Source: a virus. Taken from it: a stretch of DNA of 64,000 bases. This document shows positions 40,901-50,115 of this stretch, in pieces (the first letter of the stretch is position 1; each line of letters begins with the position of its first letter). Position numbers and translations under genes: made by a program. The stretch is from positions 1 through 64,000 of IMG/VR virus record IMGVR_UViG_3300033182_001068. The stretch is one strand, 5' to 3'. The notes beneath the pieces are model-generated. The model was not told where the DNA came from, searched no databases, and saw only the letters and a program-made list of their open reading frames with translations.

Positions 40901-41345
40901 GCGCTTGAAACTTGACAGCCGAAAACGAAGGGTTTGACGGAATCTCAAGTAGGTTAGATCGCGCGTTCGTCCACTTGTTTTGTTCGATGACAGTGGTGCG
41001 ACCATCTGGGATTTGCAGAGACTGCTCGCCGATTCGCATCGTCACAGAAATATCTGATTCGCAGTAAAACATCCCGTGGAACCCAGCAACAATTTTGCGG
41101 CCAACAGATGGGACCGCAATGTTGTTGAGGTACACAAGAACAGCGTCAGTTGTGTTTGAAGGCGTCAGGTGCAGTGAGAAATAGTCGGGGACGTAACGCT
41201 GCTCGAAAACGTCGCTTGTGGACAGCGAACCGCCAGTGATTTGCCAAGCAGGGCTAATGCTCGACAACGTTTTCAGTTTGTTGTCGTCTGTGGTCGCAGC
41301 CAGAGAGTTGTTGGCATCAAAAAAATTGGCGTCATGTGCAAGCAT
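37938..41345 (-). CDS. large baseplate-associated structural protein (1135 aa) with beta-propeller-like repeats
   Basis: It follows the J-like gene. The central part carries repeated (S)xDG(x)T / WDGxSW segments: ISYDGTTLLV, LKRDGTAFFV, MSADGNTIIL, LSDNGKVVVS, IDWDGQSV, YDWDGTSW. Confidence 0.65.
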   Translation of the reverse strand: MLAHDANFFDANNSLAATTDDNKLKTLSSISPAWQITGGSLSTSDVFEQRYVPDYFSLHLTPSNTTDAVLVYLNNIAVPSVGRKIVAGFHGMFYCESDISVTMRIGEQSLQIPDGRTTVIEQNKWTNARSNLLEIPSNPSFSAVKFQALITGHGGNPIYFTMPVFYDTDGFKRNNFVLNGRNYIPTYYWDIDGQQENPSYPFYRVFDIFTSEANQTGLSYIDFFEHEEDDRLPSDVDDTFTKSTLVNPYWVSNDNRDWLAQFTGARLRSNIDSVARTYDSYERTTDTVTDDQLWGFMVEDGGFDTLQELIDASQITAIEQDILEDWKDPVYPGGLGKIVTPSTHSPSALANSGIPMHYLTSIDFNYIGTDYTTANTNYNARTINIDLYDPALKKYTNFGGELTLSQRRTASDRANAPSVQLDLWWDESKATELENLSGEVTILTPQGIQSSGQRKHAKMVGQKIDTTGDRYTASTNRYSPDGDLDAGDINLNMFGSINSTLYDATGVDTDATGHKFALGVWDTNGVNAGYVKLATTDGKRIHPSDNTPEWTVSTANVGLAQIGKEPRISYDGTTLLVQDETSNEVSVCSIDWDGQSVTRIGDIVDTGVTNWSPCLKRDGTAFFVYGGQASASKIYDWDGTSWNARAMPDTSESAQYLWGTMSADGNTIILSYKTDASDNTTIKVRSFRWDSVSWTEIFGLGSTDVHNDSDATASGWNHFYGARSALDQTGTVCAIGAYGWFPEGHGTQNYLGAVYVYDLIDNGVGELIWVLRAELTAKDDFHSDDLLASTVDSYVGSTLDLSDNGKVVVSSYSTREGTNIPGHVVWFWNSKTNSYNRSVAMDNDENAVFHDRATVAKAASPIVDDEWFDVIKNHNLRFSGTNYQTGMRALAVNWGASSGTNLDAFEATLNSMSRGDYIYIEDANNKIYRMRYAGGWSKPLYATSANYEQYPAKYNDSAGHQVHLIPYEGRLEIVSGTGDGTPTATTFQGSPASRGTEWDGEIGQTLHFLTASTITNFFTTAQETGFINWQIQNAYYGHKSGSRESMIEAVRQVLTGDKVVAVSPNYSGLTHRIHLRTITAETSNVDSVTNESLAVLNAAAPTTPTGFYFTHETVDKLFFTLNNIGIGRLDVSVLG

Positions 41346-41347
41346 AA

Positions 41348-42583
41348 TTACACCGCTACTGTCGTGACATTGATATCCAACTCGTTAGCAGAAGGCAAAA
41401 TGCCTTTGTTCAAAAACACAATGTCTGACGATCCTCCGCCGCTAATGATCGGATTGGCTGCGCCAAGGAGATTGTCAGGGTCCTGAAGCGTCGTTGAGAT
41501 CACATATTCGACACCTTCAGTAGCCGCAATCACACTTTGCAGTTCCGTGATTTTGATGGCTTCTGCTTTGCTGGTAAAACCGTTGGGGGAGAGGAAGTTG
41601 GCAATCGCGGTTTCAACCGCGCTAGAAACCTCTGTTTCCTGATAAGCCGAGTCTCGGGCGACGCTAACAGTAACCCCAACATTGATCACATTAAAGTTGT
41701 TAGCAGAGAACTGAATACCTGCAGTCGACTTGTTGGAAACACCGATCAGCACGTCGTAAAGTTGAGCGTTCGACAGGGCGGCTTCGACGCCATAAAGAAA
41801 GATCGCAGCATGGCCGGGAGCGGCCGGACCAGCGGACGAAAAGTCAGTCAGATAATCGGTCTGGTCGTAGACTTTGCAACGGTCAACAGATTCGAAGGTC
41901 GACAAAATGTATGCTTGGATTTGGTCTGCTGTGGCCAAGTTGGACGACAGGCCTTGGAGATATGTGGTTGCCCGGTCAAGAAAAATGCCGTCTTCTTCCG
42001 GGTACGAGCCGTTTACAAAATCATTGTTGGCTCTCACTGACGAAATTTCAGGAAGCACTGTCTCAATCTGCAAAGAATCACCCGTGCCAACAAACGAGTT
42101 GAGACCCGTGAACGTGGAGGTAAGTGTGATTGTTCCAGTTGGGAATGGGGCGGGGTCGCCATTGCCGTCAACTTCCGAGACGGCCGCAATGGTAAACGGC
42201 TCAGCGTTTTCGTATGTGGTTGAAATTTCGCCAGCGGCCGTCAAGGACGTATGGGTGAAGACTGTTCCGGCAGGAAGTTCAATCCCATCATAGTCGTTAA
42301 GGGCAACCGTGGCCGTGAATGTCGCTTTGGTTCCTCCGTCACGAGTTACGCCCATCATGGCGCAAAGGCCCTGCATCAAACGGTTTGGAAGACGATTGAT
42401 AGCCCCAACATTTAGCGCTGTCATGTACGAAAAGGCTTGCAACATGGCGTCATCGGGAGTACCTTGCCGGATCTCAAACTCTGGCAAAACAATGCGACCA
42501 AGTTGGATCGCACCGAGGTAAACGTCTGTCGGGGACAGATCGTGAGGGGTCAGGTCGACGTATTCGCTGTAATCTGCTGGCAT
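41348..42583 (-). CDS. baseplate J-like wedge protein
   Basis: Size, position after the W-like gene, and an N-terminal pattern (...TPDDAMLQAFSYMTALNVGAINRLPNRL...GVTRDGGTKATFTATV) typical of the Baseplate_J family. Confidence 0.7.
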   Translation of the reverse strand: MPADYSEYVDLTPHDLSPTDVYLGAIQLGRIVLPEFEIRQGTPDDAMLQAFSYMTALNVGAINRLPNRLMQGLCAMMGVTRDGGTKATFTATVALNDYDGIELPAGTVFTHTSLTAAGEISTTYENAEPFTIAAVSEVDGNGDPAPFPTGTITLTSTFTGLNSFVGTGDSLQIETVLPEISSVRANNDFVNGSYPEEDGIFLDRATTYLQGLSSNLATADQIQAYILSTFESVDRCKVYDQTDYLTDFSSAGPAAPGHAAIFLYGVEAALSNAQLYDVLIGVSNKSTAGIQFSANNFNVINVGVTVSVARDSAYQETEVSSAVETAIANFLSPNGFTSKAEAIKITELQSVIAATEGVEYVISTTLQDPDNLLGAANPIISGGGSSDIVFLNKGILPSANELDINVTTVAV

Positions 42584-42585
42584 TA

Positions 42586-42900
42586 TTAACTCCGAATCCG
42601 GAATGAGAACGAAACGCTGTTTTCCCCTTCGTCGTTGATATCGACGTTGATTTGTTCGATTTCAACTTCTGGCACGTAACGTGCGGCCTGCAAAATAAAC
42701 TGGCCTCGCTCAACGGTGTTGAATGTTGGGTCCCAGATGCCGAAGTCGGGGGTGATTGGTTGTGAATGTGGTTCCGTGATTGTGCATAATGCCAGCAGTT
42801 GCTTGTAAAAGCCGTTGGTGCCGTCTTCCAGACGGGTTATACCATTTGTGTCAAATTTTACGGGAAACTGAATGGCATCCATGGAAACTCCTCGGTACAC
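42586..42900 (-). CDS. GPW/gp25-like baseplate wedge protein
   Basis: 104 aa. IQFPVKFDTNG...YKQLLALCTITEPHSQPITPDFG fits the gp25/W pattern. It lies between the V-like and J-like genes. Confidence 0.65.
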   Translation of the reverse strand: MYRGVSMDAIQFPVKFDTNGITRLEDGTNGFYKQLLALCTITEPHSQPITPDFGIWDPTFNTVERGQFILQAARYVPEVEIEQINVDINDEGENSVSFSFRIRS

Positions 42901-42923
42901 CTACAGTTTACACCCCACACCCT

Positions 42924-43328
42924 TTAGTGGTTGTGAGTTGCGTTCGCTTTAGTAGCAACAACTGCGGTCAACGCATCAATCTGATCCTGCAGGCTCTCGA
43001 CAGTTGTTTCGAGCGTCTCGATACGTTCAATGGCAGCCAAATACTGAGCGTAGGTAGGGAAAACCGTATTTCGATGGTTTACCCGTCCAAGAACAACCAA
43101 CTCCTGCTTGCCGTGATCGAGGAACATCACAACGACCCGTTCCCCTGTCGTGTAGGGGTCGTTCCGATACGAATTCATGAAATTGCACGGCTGGCTAACG
43201 AAGCCCAGCATCGGCACGTTTACTAATGGTTTTCCGTTACGGAAGCCGGAAATTGTCCCGTAATACGCCCCACCCCCGGGCTCGGGGTTTCTGGAGCCTC
43301 CAACGTTAGTGCGAAATTTCGGGTCCAT
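42924..43328 (-). CDS. baseplate spike / gpV-like protein
   Basis: OB-fold-like GTISGFRNGKPLVNVPMLGFVS...GERVVVMFLDHGKQELVVLGRV, followed by a C-terminal coiled coil. Confidence 0.55.
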   Translation of the reverse strand: MDPKFRTNVGGSRNPEPGGGAYYGTISGFRNGKPLVNVPMLGFVSQPCNFMNSYRNDPYTTGERVVVMFLDHGKQELVVLGRVNHRNTVFPTYAQYLAAIERIETLETTVESLQDQIDALTAVVATKANATHNH

Positions 43329-43329
43329 G

Positions 43330-44385
43330 TCAGTAGCCTCGGTCTTGGAAGACTTGCTGGGCGGTAGCCCCCACTTCGTAATTCTTGATGTCCTTCTCTT
43401 CTCGCTCAGGACTGCGGAACTGAATGCGAACAGGCCCAGATTGCAAAAGGTCGTAGTCGACTTGGCTGATCAGGTACATCGCATCGAACGTTGGTATCCC
43501 AGACAGGTAGATCGTCATTCCGGGCCGAAGCGTCACGCCTGAACTGCGATCCAACGTTGCCGACCCTTGAACGGCGAGCGGGTCATTGTCTGATCGTCGG
43601 ACATCAGGCATTGACAACAGTTTGAACTCGTCCTTGGGTTTCGGTGGCCAAGCCATTCGAACAGCGTTATACGCAGACTTTTCTGCGGCACCCGAACGCA
43701 AAATAACATCTTTGGAGACGTCCTCAGCATAACCGGAACCCCACAAACCCAACATGTATTTCTGCGATGCAAACATCAAAAAACCCTGAGTTTCAAAAGT
43801 CACAAACTTTGCTTCACTTGCCAAACTTTTGATGACATCCCACGTGGAGTCAGCCGCACGATCATTTGATGCTTTGTTGATTTTCCGATTTTTTGATGTG
43901 GTTTCCGCAAGGCATGCCATCTCGTATTTCTTGGCTGCATTGATTACCCAGTTCTGGCCTGATCCCGTGATTGAACTTGGGTTTTTGTCTCGGCGCATTT
44001 GCTGGATGGCTTTGTTGCGGCATTCAAGCGTCCACACAGGAGAACTGCCTTTGCCTTGCGAAACTGCAGCAGCAGCAATTTCGAGCCTTAGCCAATTGAA
44101 GTCCCCCAATACGGCCGCAGTTGACGAATTCACGGTTTCTGTAGCCAACGAATTCAAAGTTGTGCGGACATACACATCTCGCGTGATCTGGAAATAGTTG
44201 TTTTTAGTCATCCGCCAATCGGGGTCAATGACTTGCAGCGTCACCTGCGTTGCAAGATCCATGCCGGAACTAAACTTTGCCGACAACAAAGACTCGTACA
44301 TGTCAGTTTCGGCACCCAAAAGAGAAGGATCATCAAAAACGATGTCCTTCCTTCGGTCAATTGGGGTGTCTGCGTCTTCAGCCAC
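43330..44385 (-). CDS. baseplate hub protein (P2 gpD / Mu gp44 position)
   Basis: 351 aa. Its position between the post-TMP gene and the spike fits. C-terminal LRPGMTIYLSGIPTFDAMYLISQVDY resembles gpD-family ends. Confidence 0.5.
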   Translation of the reverse strand: MAEDADTPIDRRKDIVFDDPSLLGAETDMYESLLSAKFSSGMDLATQVTLQVIDPDWRMTKNNYFQITRDVYVRTTLNSLATETVNSSTAAVLGDFNWLRLEIAAAAVSQGKGSSPVWTLECRNKAIQQMRRDKNPSSITGSGQNWVINAAKKYEMACLAETTSKNRKINKASNDRAADSTWDVIKSLASEAKFVTFETQGFLMFASQKYMLGLWGSGYAEDVSKDVILRSGAAEKSAYNAVRMAWPPKPKDEFKLLSMPDVRRSDNDPLAVQGSATLDRSSGVTLRPGMTIYLSGIPTFDAMYLISQVDYDLLQSGPVRIQFRSPEREEKDIKNYEVGATAQQVFQDRGY

Positions 44386-44397
44386 TGCTACATGCCA

Positions 44398-46035
44398 TTA
44401 CTTTGTATACCTGAGGCCGTTACTGAACAGTGAGTCCGAAGGCGGCTCATCGCCGGGAGTGGACCTAGCGGGGATGATCGGAGTGCTCATAATTGGAGGC
44501 GACATTTTTACAAGATTTACTTTTTCGATGGGAATCTCTTGCAACGTGAGTTTCACGCTGGCAGCAGTAATCTCTTTTTCGACGCTGTCAATTGAACGTC
44601 GCGTAGAAGTGAACGACAGATCAGCGATAACGAACTGGAGCGCTTTGCCTGTTTCTTGCGCTCGTTTAACTTGAACACGAAACAAGTCGTCCAGATTAAA
44701 CACGGAGACTGCCGCCTGCCGTTGAGACATGCGACGCAAAGTGTTCAGCCGGTCTTGCACGCTCACGAACAGTCCATCAGGAACTTGGGTTGTGCCTTCG
44801 GTGCGATCCTCCGCAACCAGAAATTCCATTTCGCATCGCATCAAGTCCCATGACGACCATTCAACGATAGGAAAGTTTCCTGTCCGGTCAATATTGTTCC
44901 ATTTCGAACCGAGACCAGAGTAGGAGATGTTGTTTGGGGTGTACGGGAAAACAAAGATGTCTTGACCTTTGACTTCCTTTATTCCCTCGGGAGCGCTGCT
45001 GTCTTTGACGTACGTTGTGTAGTTTTGAACAATTTGCGGCCTGTTGTCGGGCGCTTTTGCTGCTGGTTTAGCAAATCCGTAGGGTGCGCGCACCACAACT
45101 TTTGTGACAGCGGGAGTAGGCGCGACAGGGGGCTTGGGCGGGTTGTTGACGGGGTTGGAATGTCCGCCACCTCCGCCAGTAGTGCCACCGCCCCTGACCG
45201 ATGTGGACGTATTGATTTTGACGCCTTTAGATACAAGGAACGCGGTAATTTGGCTTTGTGGCCAACCTTTTGCTGAAAGAGTTTCTTGAACCAGTTCGCG
45301 CAGAGCAGCAAAGTTAGGCATGCCGTTTGGAAGCCGGTTTGGCACCATGTTGCGCGCCTTTCTCCAATCTGGGTCGGCGTCCAACGTTCTTTGCATTGCG
45401 GCAAAAATAGCGTCGGCTTGAGCAGATAGCGCGGCTGGGTTCAGCGCGGTAGAATATATCATTGGAATGTCAGCGCCATCCCCATGCTCAACAGTATTTT
45501 TCCATGATGCAGCAGCGCTTTGAATTTTGGTGGCGTAAGTCTCACGATAAACGTAAAAGTGACCCCCAAAGTCGCGATAATACTTCGCCGAGTAGTCCGG
45601 AACTGGATACGTCCTAGTAACCTTAAACGGCTCATACAGTTTTTGTTTGCTACAGTACAAACCTTGAGTGTCCGAAATGGGTTTCCCATTTACTGTCGCG
45701 CCATACATGTTGGGAAGATGCCCTTGAGCAACTCGCCTAAAACCGTCTTTGCTGCAGCCCGGCCCATACACGTCTATATGGTTGCCATTCTGGTCTTTAA
45801 CTGGGTTGTAAGAGTTGTAAGTACTGGGCTGCAACTTGTACCACAACTGGACAACCTTGTAACTAGTGCCATTCACAACCAGACCCCAACGTGCGGTTGC
45901 CGTGTACTTAGAGCGGCCGGTCCTTCCCGGGTGGCGCCCACTTCCCGGCGCTTTTTGTGTCGTCCCCGCCGACACGGCGGCGTCCATGGTGACGTCGTTT
46001 TTAGAACCATACAAATCAGTTGGCCATGACGTCAT
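44398..46035 (-). CDS. tail/baseplate protein immediately downstream of the tape measure
   Basis: 545 aa in two domains joined by a Gly/Pro linker (GGGTTGGGGGHSNPVNNPPKPPVAPTP). The C-terminal FVFPYTPNNISYSG...FPIVEWSSW resembles tube-initiator/hub proteins. Confidence 0.55.
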   Translation of the reverse strand: MTSWPTDLYGSKNDVTMDAAVSAGTTQKAPGSGRHPGRTGRSKYTATARWGLVVNGTSYKVVQLWYKLQPSTYNSYNPVKDQNGNHIDVYGPGCSKDGFRRVAQGHLPNMYGATVNGKPISDTQGLYCSKQKLYEPFKVTRTYPVPDYSAKYYRDFGGHFYVYRETYATKIQSAAASWKNTVEHGDGADIPMIYSTALNPAALSAQADAIFAAMQRTLDADPDWRKARNMVPNRLPNGMPNFAALRELVQETLSAKGWPQSQITAFLVSKGVKINTSTSVRGGGTTGGGGGHSNPVNNPPKPPVAPTPAVTKVVVRAPYGFAKPAAKAPDNRPQIVQNYTTYVKDSSAPEGIKEVKGQDIFVFPYTPNNISYSGLGSKWNNIDRTGNFPIVEWSSWDLMRCEMEFLVAEDRTEGTTQVPDGLFVSVQDRLNTLRRMSQRQAAVSVFNLDDLFRVQVKRAQETGKALQFVIADLSFTSTRRSIDSVEKEITAASVKLTLQEIPIEKVNLVKMSPPIMSTPIIPARSTPGDEPPSDSLFSNGLRYTK

Positions 46036-46037
46036 AA

Positions 46038-49000
46038 CTACCTGCGCTCTCCGTCAGAAATAGCGAGCCGGTCGAGTTCGACCATCACCATGTCTGCGAT
46101 TTCTTGAGGCGAATGATCCGCCCCATTGACATTAATAGTGTAGTTGTTATAAGACGTACTACCTGCAGCACCGGTCATCATCGAACCAACAGGACTGCTT
46201 GCATCACCAACTGCACCTGACGTGTTCGGCACAACATGCAAATGTCGAGAACCGCCACTTCCGTGGAACTCGGCGAAACCACCAGAAGCATCAATAAGCG
46301 ACTTGTACTGGCCAAGGTTCTGACCAGTCAAGTCATACGCTCGACCCATGACGTGATCGGAACTCGGGCTGCCCAAATTGAAGTTGCGCCAACCAGAAGT
46401 GATCGTCCTCTTGCCGGTCAACATTGAATCAAACTGACTGTGGGCAGTCATCGTGCGGCTAAAACGAGACGACAACGTGTCGCCACGTGGAGTTCTCGTA
46501 TCACCGGGGTCGTTAAGTTGCTGGATGGCCAGATTCAATTCGTCACTCATAAGGTTCAAAGCGTCAATAAACGCTTGGGCCGCCCCTTCAAGGTTTTTGG
46601 TCTTGTCCTCAACTTGCGTGACCGAGAAATCGAAATTCGGGAACGTTTCGGTAAGCAATCTTGTCAAGGCGCCGCCCGCAAGGTCTTCGTCCGACATGCC
46701 AAACATTGACTCGGAAAAACCGAGAAACGCTTGCGGGTTAGTCATAAGCAAGTTCTGTACAGCATCTTGACTTAAATCAGTTTCACGACCGATAGACAGA
46801 TAACGAGCCTGAATCCCCTCAAGGGCCGCTGCCGCAGCGCCAGCCGTCATCTGCGGGATAAATTCGGCTCCTATCGATTGCAGCAGTGCTTGACCTTCAG
46901 CATCCAAGCCCGACAGAGTGTTGCCGCTTTGGAACGCAATTCCCGAAGGGCCAAATTGGTCAATAAAGTTTGCGGTAGCCAATTCAACATCGCCCTCAAA
47001 GTAGGCGAGCAAGCCCCTATAGATATCTTCGAACCCAGTGGCAACATCTGCGCCTGTAAGAGCGCCTTCTCTGTTCAAGTCGAGAAGGTTTTGAGCAGCC
47101 TCATCCATGACCGCTGGCGCTTGTTCTCTTTCTCTAATTGTCCGAAGCGAGTCAAATGCGCCTGCAGCAACATCCAAAATAGCGTATTCGTACTGTTCTC
47201 GCATAAAGACCAAACCCTTCACCATGCTAGTGATCATTTCGTCGGTGCTCTGCAAGGCATCAAACAGATTTGTTCCGGTGCTTTGCGCGAGACGAATAAC
47301 TTCATCCTCTGTCATGTTGAGGGCGGAAGTCAATAACTCCAGATTGTCAATATAGTGATCAGTCACAGTCGCATTGGCACGGGCGAGGTAGCCCGCTTGA
47401 CCTTCCAATTCCTCCAAAAATTCATGAGGCTTATCTCTGGCATCTCGATACTGATCGTGAGACATTTCAATGCCCAACTCTTTACGATTACGGTAAATGT
47501 AATCGACAAGTTCTTGGCGCTGCTTGTGAGTTTTGTCGCCTTCATCTTTCTGGAAAGCAACCGAATCGATAGCCAACTGCGTAAGTGCGTCCGTCTTAGC
47601 GAGTTTTTTAATGTTTTCCGCGTAGAACTTCTCGATGTTGCCCTCTTTAGACGCTTCCCGGATGCCTTCACTCATTGCTTCGAGAAGTTGTTCGGAAGCG
47701 TCTTTGGCAACTGCGCGGGCTTCGTCTTTGCGTGCGTTGTTGGCGTTAATCCCTGCCTTGATACCGCCAATAGCGGCACCGATGATAGCGCCTGCAGCGG
47801 TACCGAAACCGGGAGCAATCATTGAGCCCAAAGCCGCGCCACCAGCAGCACCGCCACCAATACCGATGGTAGCGTTCTGCGAAGTCAGCGCCGTGCCAAG
47901 ACCAGCAACACCCAAACCAATAAGCGGATTGTACGCGCCGATAGCAGAACCCAAAGCCATCGCTCCTTGGGTTTCCTCAGGCATAAATTGGGAAGCCAGA
48001 CCGAGACCCGCCATCGCGCCCATGCGTGCAGTGCCGGTACGGTTCATCCTCATCATTGTTTGATACGCACGCCCTGTGGCGCCTTCACTTCGCAAGCGGC
48101 GAGGACCAAGCAGGTGGGTGGCGGAAAGTCGCTGCAAAGGTCCCGGCCCTGCTTGCCCGTTGCGGAACCGTCCGCCGCTTTTCGCCGCCGCACGAGTATT
48201 TGCCTGAGTTATTTGTGAAGGAGTCAGGCCCATCTGCGCCCCCTGAGCAGCAGTCAAAGGCGCGCCTTGGTTGGCGGCAATGTTCGCTGCGTTCACAATC
48301 TGGCGCTGAGAACTCATCCCAGCACCGCCACCCCTGAGATGAGGAACATAACCTCCCGGCATGCCCGTCATTCCTTGAGCACCGGCTGCACCCGGATACA
48401 TCTGACCACCAGCGGTCGCTCCAGTCACGACCACCGTTCCAGCGTTCACGTTCATGTTGCCAACGGAACGCTGAACAAAACCACCTTTCGTCTGCTGCAT
48501 CTGACGTCCAATAACACCGATGCCCATCAGCACGCCGAACGCTCCGAACCCGCCACCAGCACCACCGAACAGGTTGCCAAGATTCTCCAGAACGTTACCC
48601 AACAGTTCAGCGACCTGACGGATACCGTTGGCCAACTTCGTCAAGAACGGCAGAGACTGGAAGAACAGGTCACGGATCGTGTCTGTGATCCTGCTGAACG
48701 AAACCAGCATTTCACCCAAGGCAGTACCAAACTCATTCAGGTTGCTCTGGTTCGATTGCAATTGACGGTTAAAAGCGCCGAACTTGTCTGTAATTCGATC
48801 CCAGATCGGCCCAAAGATTTTCCCAAGGAACTCCAGCAGAACTTTTGCGCCCTCCCGCAAAGGCCGGAGACCTTCGATAAGCCTATTCCAACCCCTAGAG
48901 AAGTCGTCCCACCGGTCTCTGATGCGATCCATCATGCCCTTGACATTGGGAAGGTATTCACGGACAAGATGAACGAAAAGGTCGTTCAGTTTCTCAACAG

Positions 49001-50096
49001 CACCAACCAGACCATCAATAAAAGTGCCCGTACCGAACTTCTGCAAAGACCCATACGTCCGCATGAACGTGCGCCGGAAAATGTTGATGATTTCGTCAGT
49101 TGCCTCTTTCAATGGCTTCAGGAACGGCTGACCCAAATCGGCAAACATTGAACGGATCTGGTTGAAACCACCCCGCATAACACTCAGCAGCGTGCTGTTC
49201 ACGGCATCGAACTGTCCCTCGACGCCACCCATAGCGGCAAGAGTGCCATCGTTGATCGCCCGTCGAAGTTCCTCTGCCGTATTGATGCCTTCCTTCTTGG
49301 CTTCCTCCATCGCCTTCTTCATCGAGGGACCAAGCGCCTCGGCAGCCTTAGAAATCTCACCAAACGACGCTTTGGGGTCCTGTAGAACACCAATCAGGTC
49401 ACCTGCGGCCTTAACGCCTTGGTCCAAAGGCTGTCCAGCAGAAGCGAAATCCATCAGGCCTCGGAGAAGCGTCTGAGATCCACGCGTGAAGGTGGACCGT
49501 GACGAGACAGCCGCATAAGCGGCGTTCAAGTTCTCAACGGTGAGGGTTGCAAGGCGCGTGTCGCGCTCCATGCCGCGCATCACGACTCGCACCTGATTCA
49601 GGTTGTTGCCGAACTGCCTGTAAGAACCGTCCGCTTTGTAGGCGAACATGGCCGCATTGTTTTCGCGCATTGCTGCGGCCACAGATGCGAGAGCGACTGC
49701 TGCGCTTGCAGCAGCACCCGCCAAAACGTTCATAGTGCCCGTGTAGGCTTTCGCCAACAGGTTGCCTGCAGCAAACAAGCCGTGAACGGTAATCATTGAC
49801 AGGCCCATGAGGCCGAACTCGGCTGTCGTCGCCTTGATCGCTAGACTGAGACCCTTAGACAGCAAACGTCCAGTCGCCTTGACCATGCTGTCGAGTTCGT
49901 CAAAGTGACGTTTGTAACTCTTCGACATCTCGTCAAGACGTCTGTTCATTTGAGTTGTGTAGGAAGTTCCGAACGCTTTCAGAGAAGCGCTCGCCGCAGT
50001 TGCTGAAACGCTGATCCTGTCAAGATCTCTACGGATTTGTTTTAGTTTCCGCTCACCGACCGCTGATACCCTGACTACAAGACTTGCATCAGCCAT
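46038..50096 (-). CDS. tail tape measure protein with a C-terminal LAS-type peptidase motif
   Basis: 1352 aa, helical and Gly/Ala-rich, located after the chaperone genes. The C-terminus has TSGWRNFNLGSPSSDHVMGRAYD...SRHLHV (SxHxxGxAxD + HxH). Confidence 0.85.
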   Translation of the reverse strand: MADASLVVRVSAVGERKLKQIRRDLDRISVSATAASASLKAFGTSYTTQMNRRLDEMSKSYKRHFDELDSMVKATGRLLSKGLSLAIKATTAEFGLMGLSMITVHGLFAAGNLLAKAYTGTMNVLAGAAASAAVALASVAAAMRENNAAMFAYKADGSYRQFGNNLNQVRVVMRGMERDTRLATLTVENLNAAYAAVSSRSTFTRGSQTLLRGLMDFASAGQPLDQGVKAAGDLIGVLQDPKASFGEISKAAEALGPSMKKAMEEAKKEGINTAEELRRAINDGTLAAMGGVEGQFDAVNSTLLSVMRGGFNQIRSMFADLGQPFLKPLKEATDEIINIFRRTFMRTYGSLQKFGTGTFIDGLVGAVEKLNDLFVHLVREYLPNVKGMMDRIRDRWDDFSRGWNRLIEGLRPLREGAKVLLEFLGKIFGPIWDRITDKFGAFNRQLQSNQSNLNEFGTALGEMLVSFSRITDTIRDLFFQSLPFLTKLANGIRQVAELLGNVLENLGNLFGGAGGGFGAFGVLMGIGVIGRQMQQTKGGFVQRSVGNMNVNAGTVVVTGATAGGQMYPGAAGAQGMTGMPGGYVPHLRGGGAGMSSQRQIVNAANIAANQGAPLTAAQGAQMGLTPSQITQANTRAAAKSGGRFRNGQAGPGPLQRLSATHLLGPRRLRSEGATGRAYQTMMRMNRTGTARMGAMAGLGLASQFMPEETQGAMALGSAIGAYNPLIGLGVAGLGTALTSQNATIGIGGGAAGGAALGSMIAPGFGTAAGAIIGAAIGGIKAGINANNARKDEARAVAKDASEQLLEAMSEGIREASKEGNIEKFYAENIKKLAKTDALTQLAIDSVAFQKDEGDKTHKQRQELVDYIYRNRKELGIEMSHDQYRDARDKPHEFLEELEGQAGYLARANATVTDHYIDNLELLTSALNMTEDEVIRLAQSTGTNLFDALQSTDEMITSMVKGLVFMREQYEYAILDVAAGAFDSLRTIREREQAPAVMDEAAQNLLDLNREGALTGADVATGFEDIYRGLLAYFEGDVELATANFIDQFGPSGIAFQSGNTLSGLDAEGQALLQSIGAEFIPQMTAGAAAAALEGIQARYLSIGRETDLSQDAVQNLLMTNPQAFLGFSESMFGMSDEDLAGGALTRLLTETFPNFDFSVTQVEDKTKNLEGAAQAFIDALNLMSDELNLAIQQLNDPGDTRTPRGDTLSSRFSRTMTAHSQFDSMLTGKRTITSGWRNFNLGSPSSDHVMGRAYDLTGQNLGQYKSLIDASGGFAEFHGSGGSRHLHVVPNTSGAVGDASSPVGSMMTGAAGSTSYNNYTINVNGADHSPQEIADMVMVELDRLAISDGERR

Positions 50097-50115
50097 AGGG
50101 GACCGGTCCTTTTAT

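Noticed and set aside
46236-49735. Numerous plus-strand ORFs (up to 294 aa) inside the tape measure gene
   Set aside because: They are antisense frames of a long Ala/Gly-rich gene and are typical spurious ORFs.
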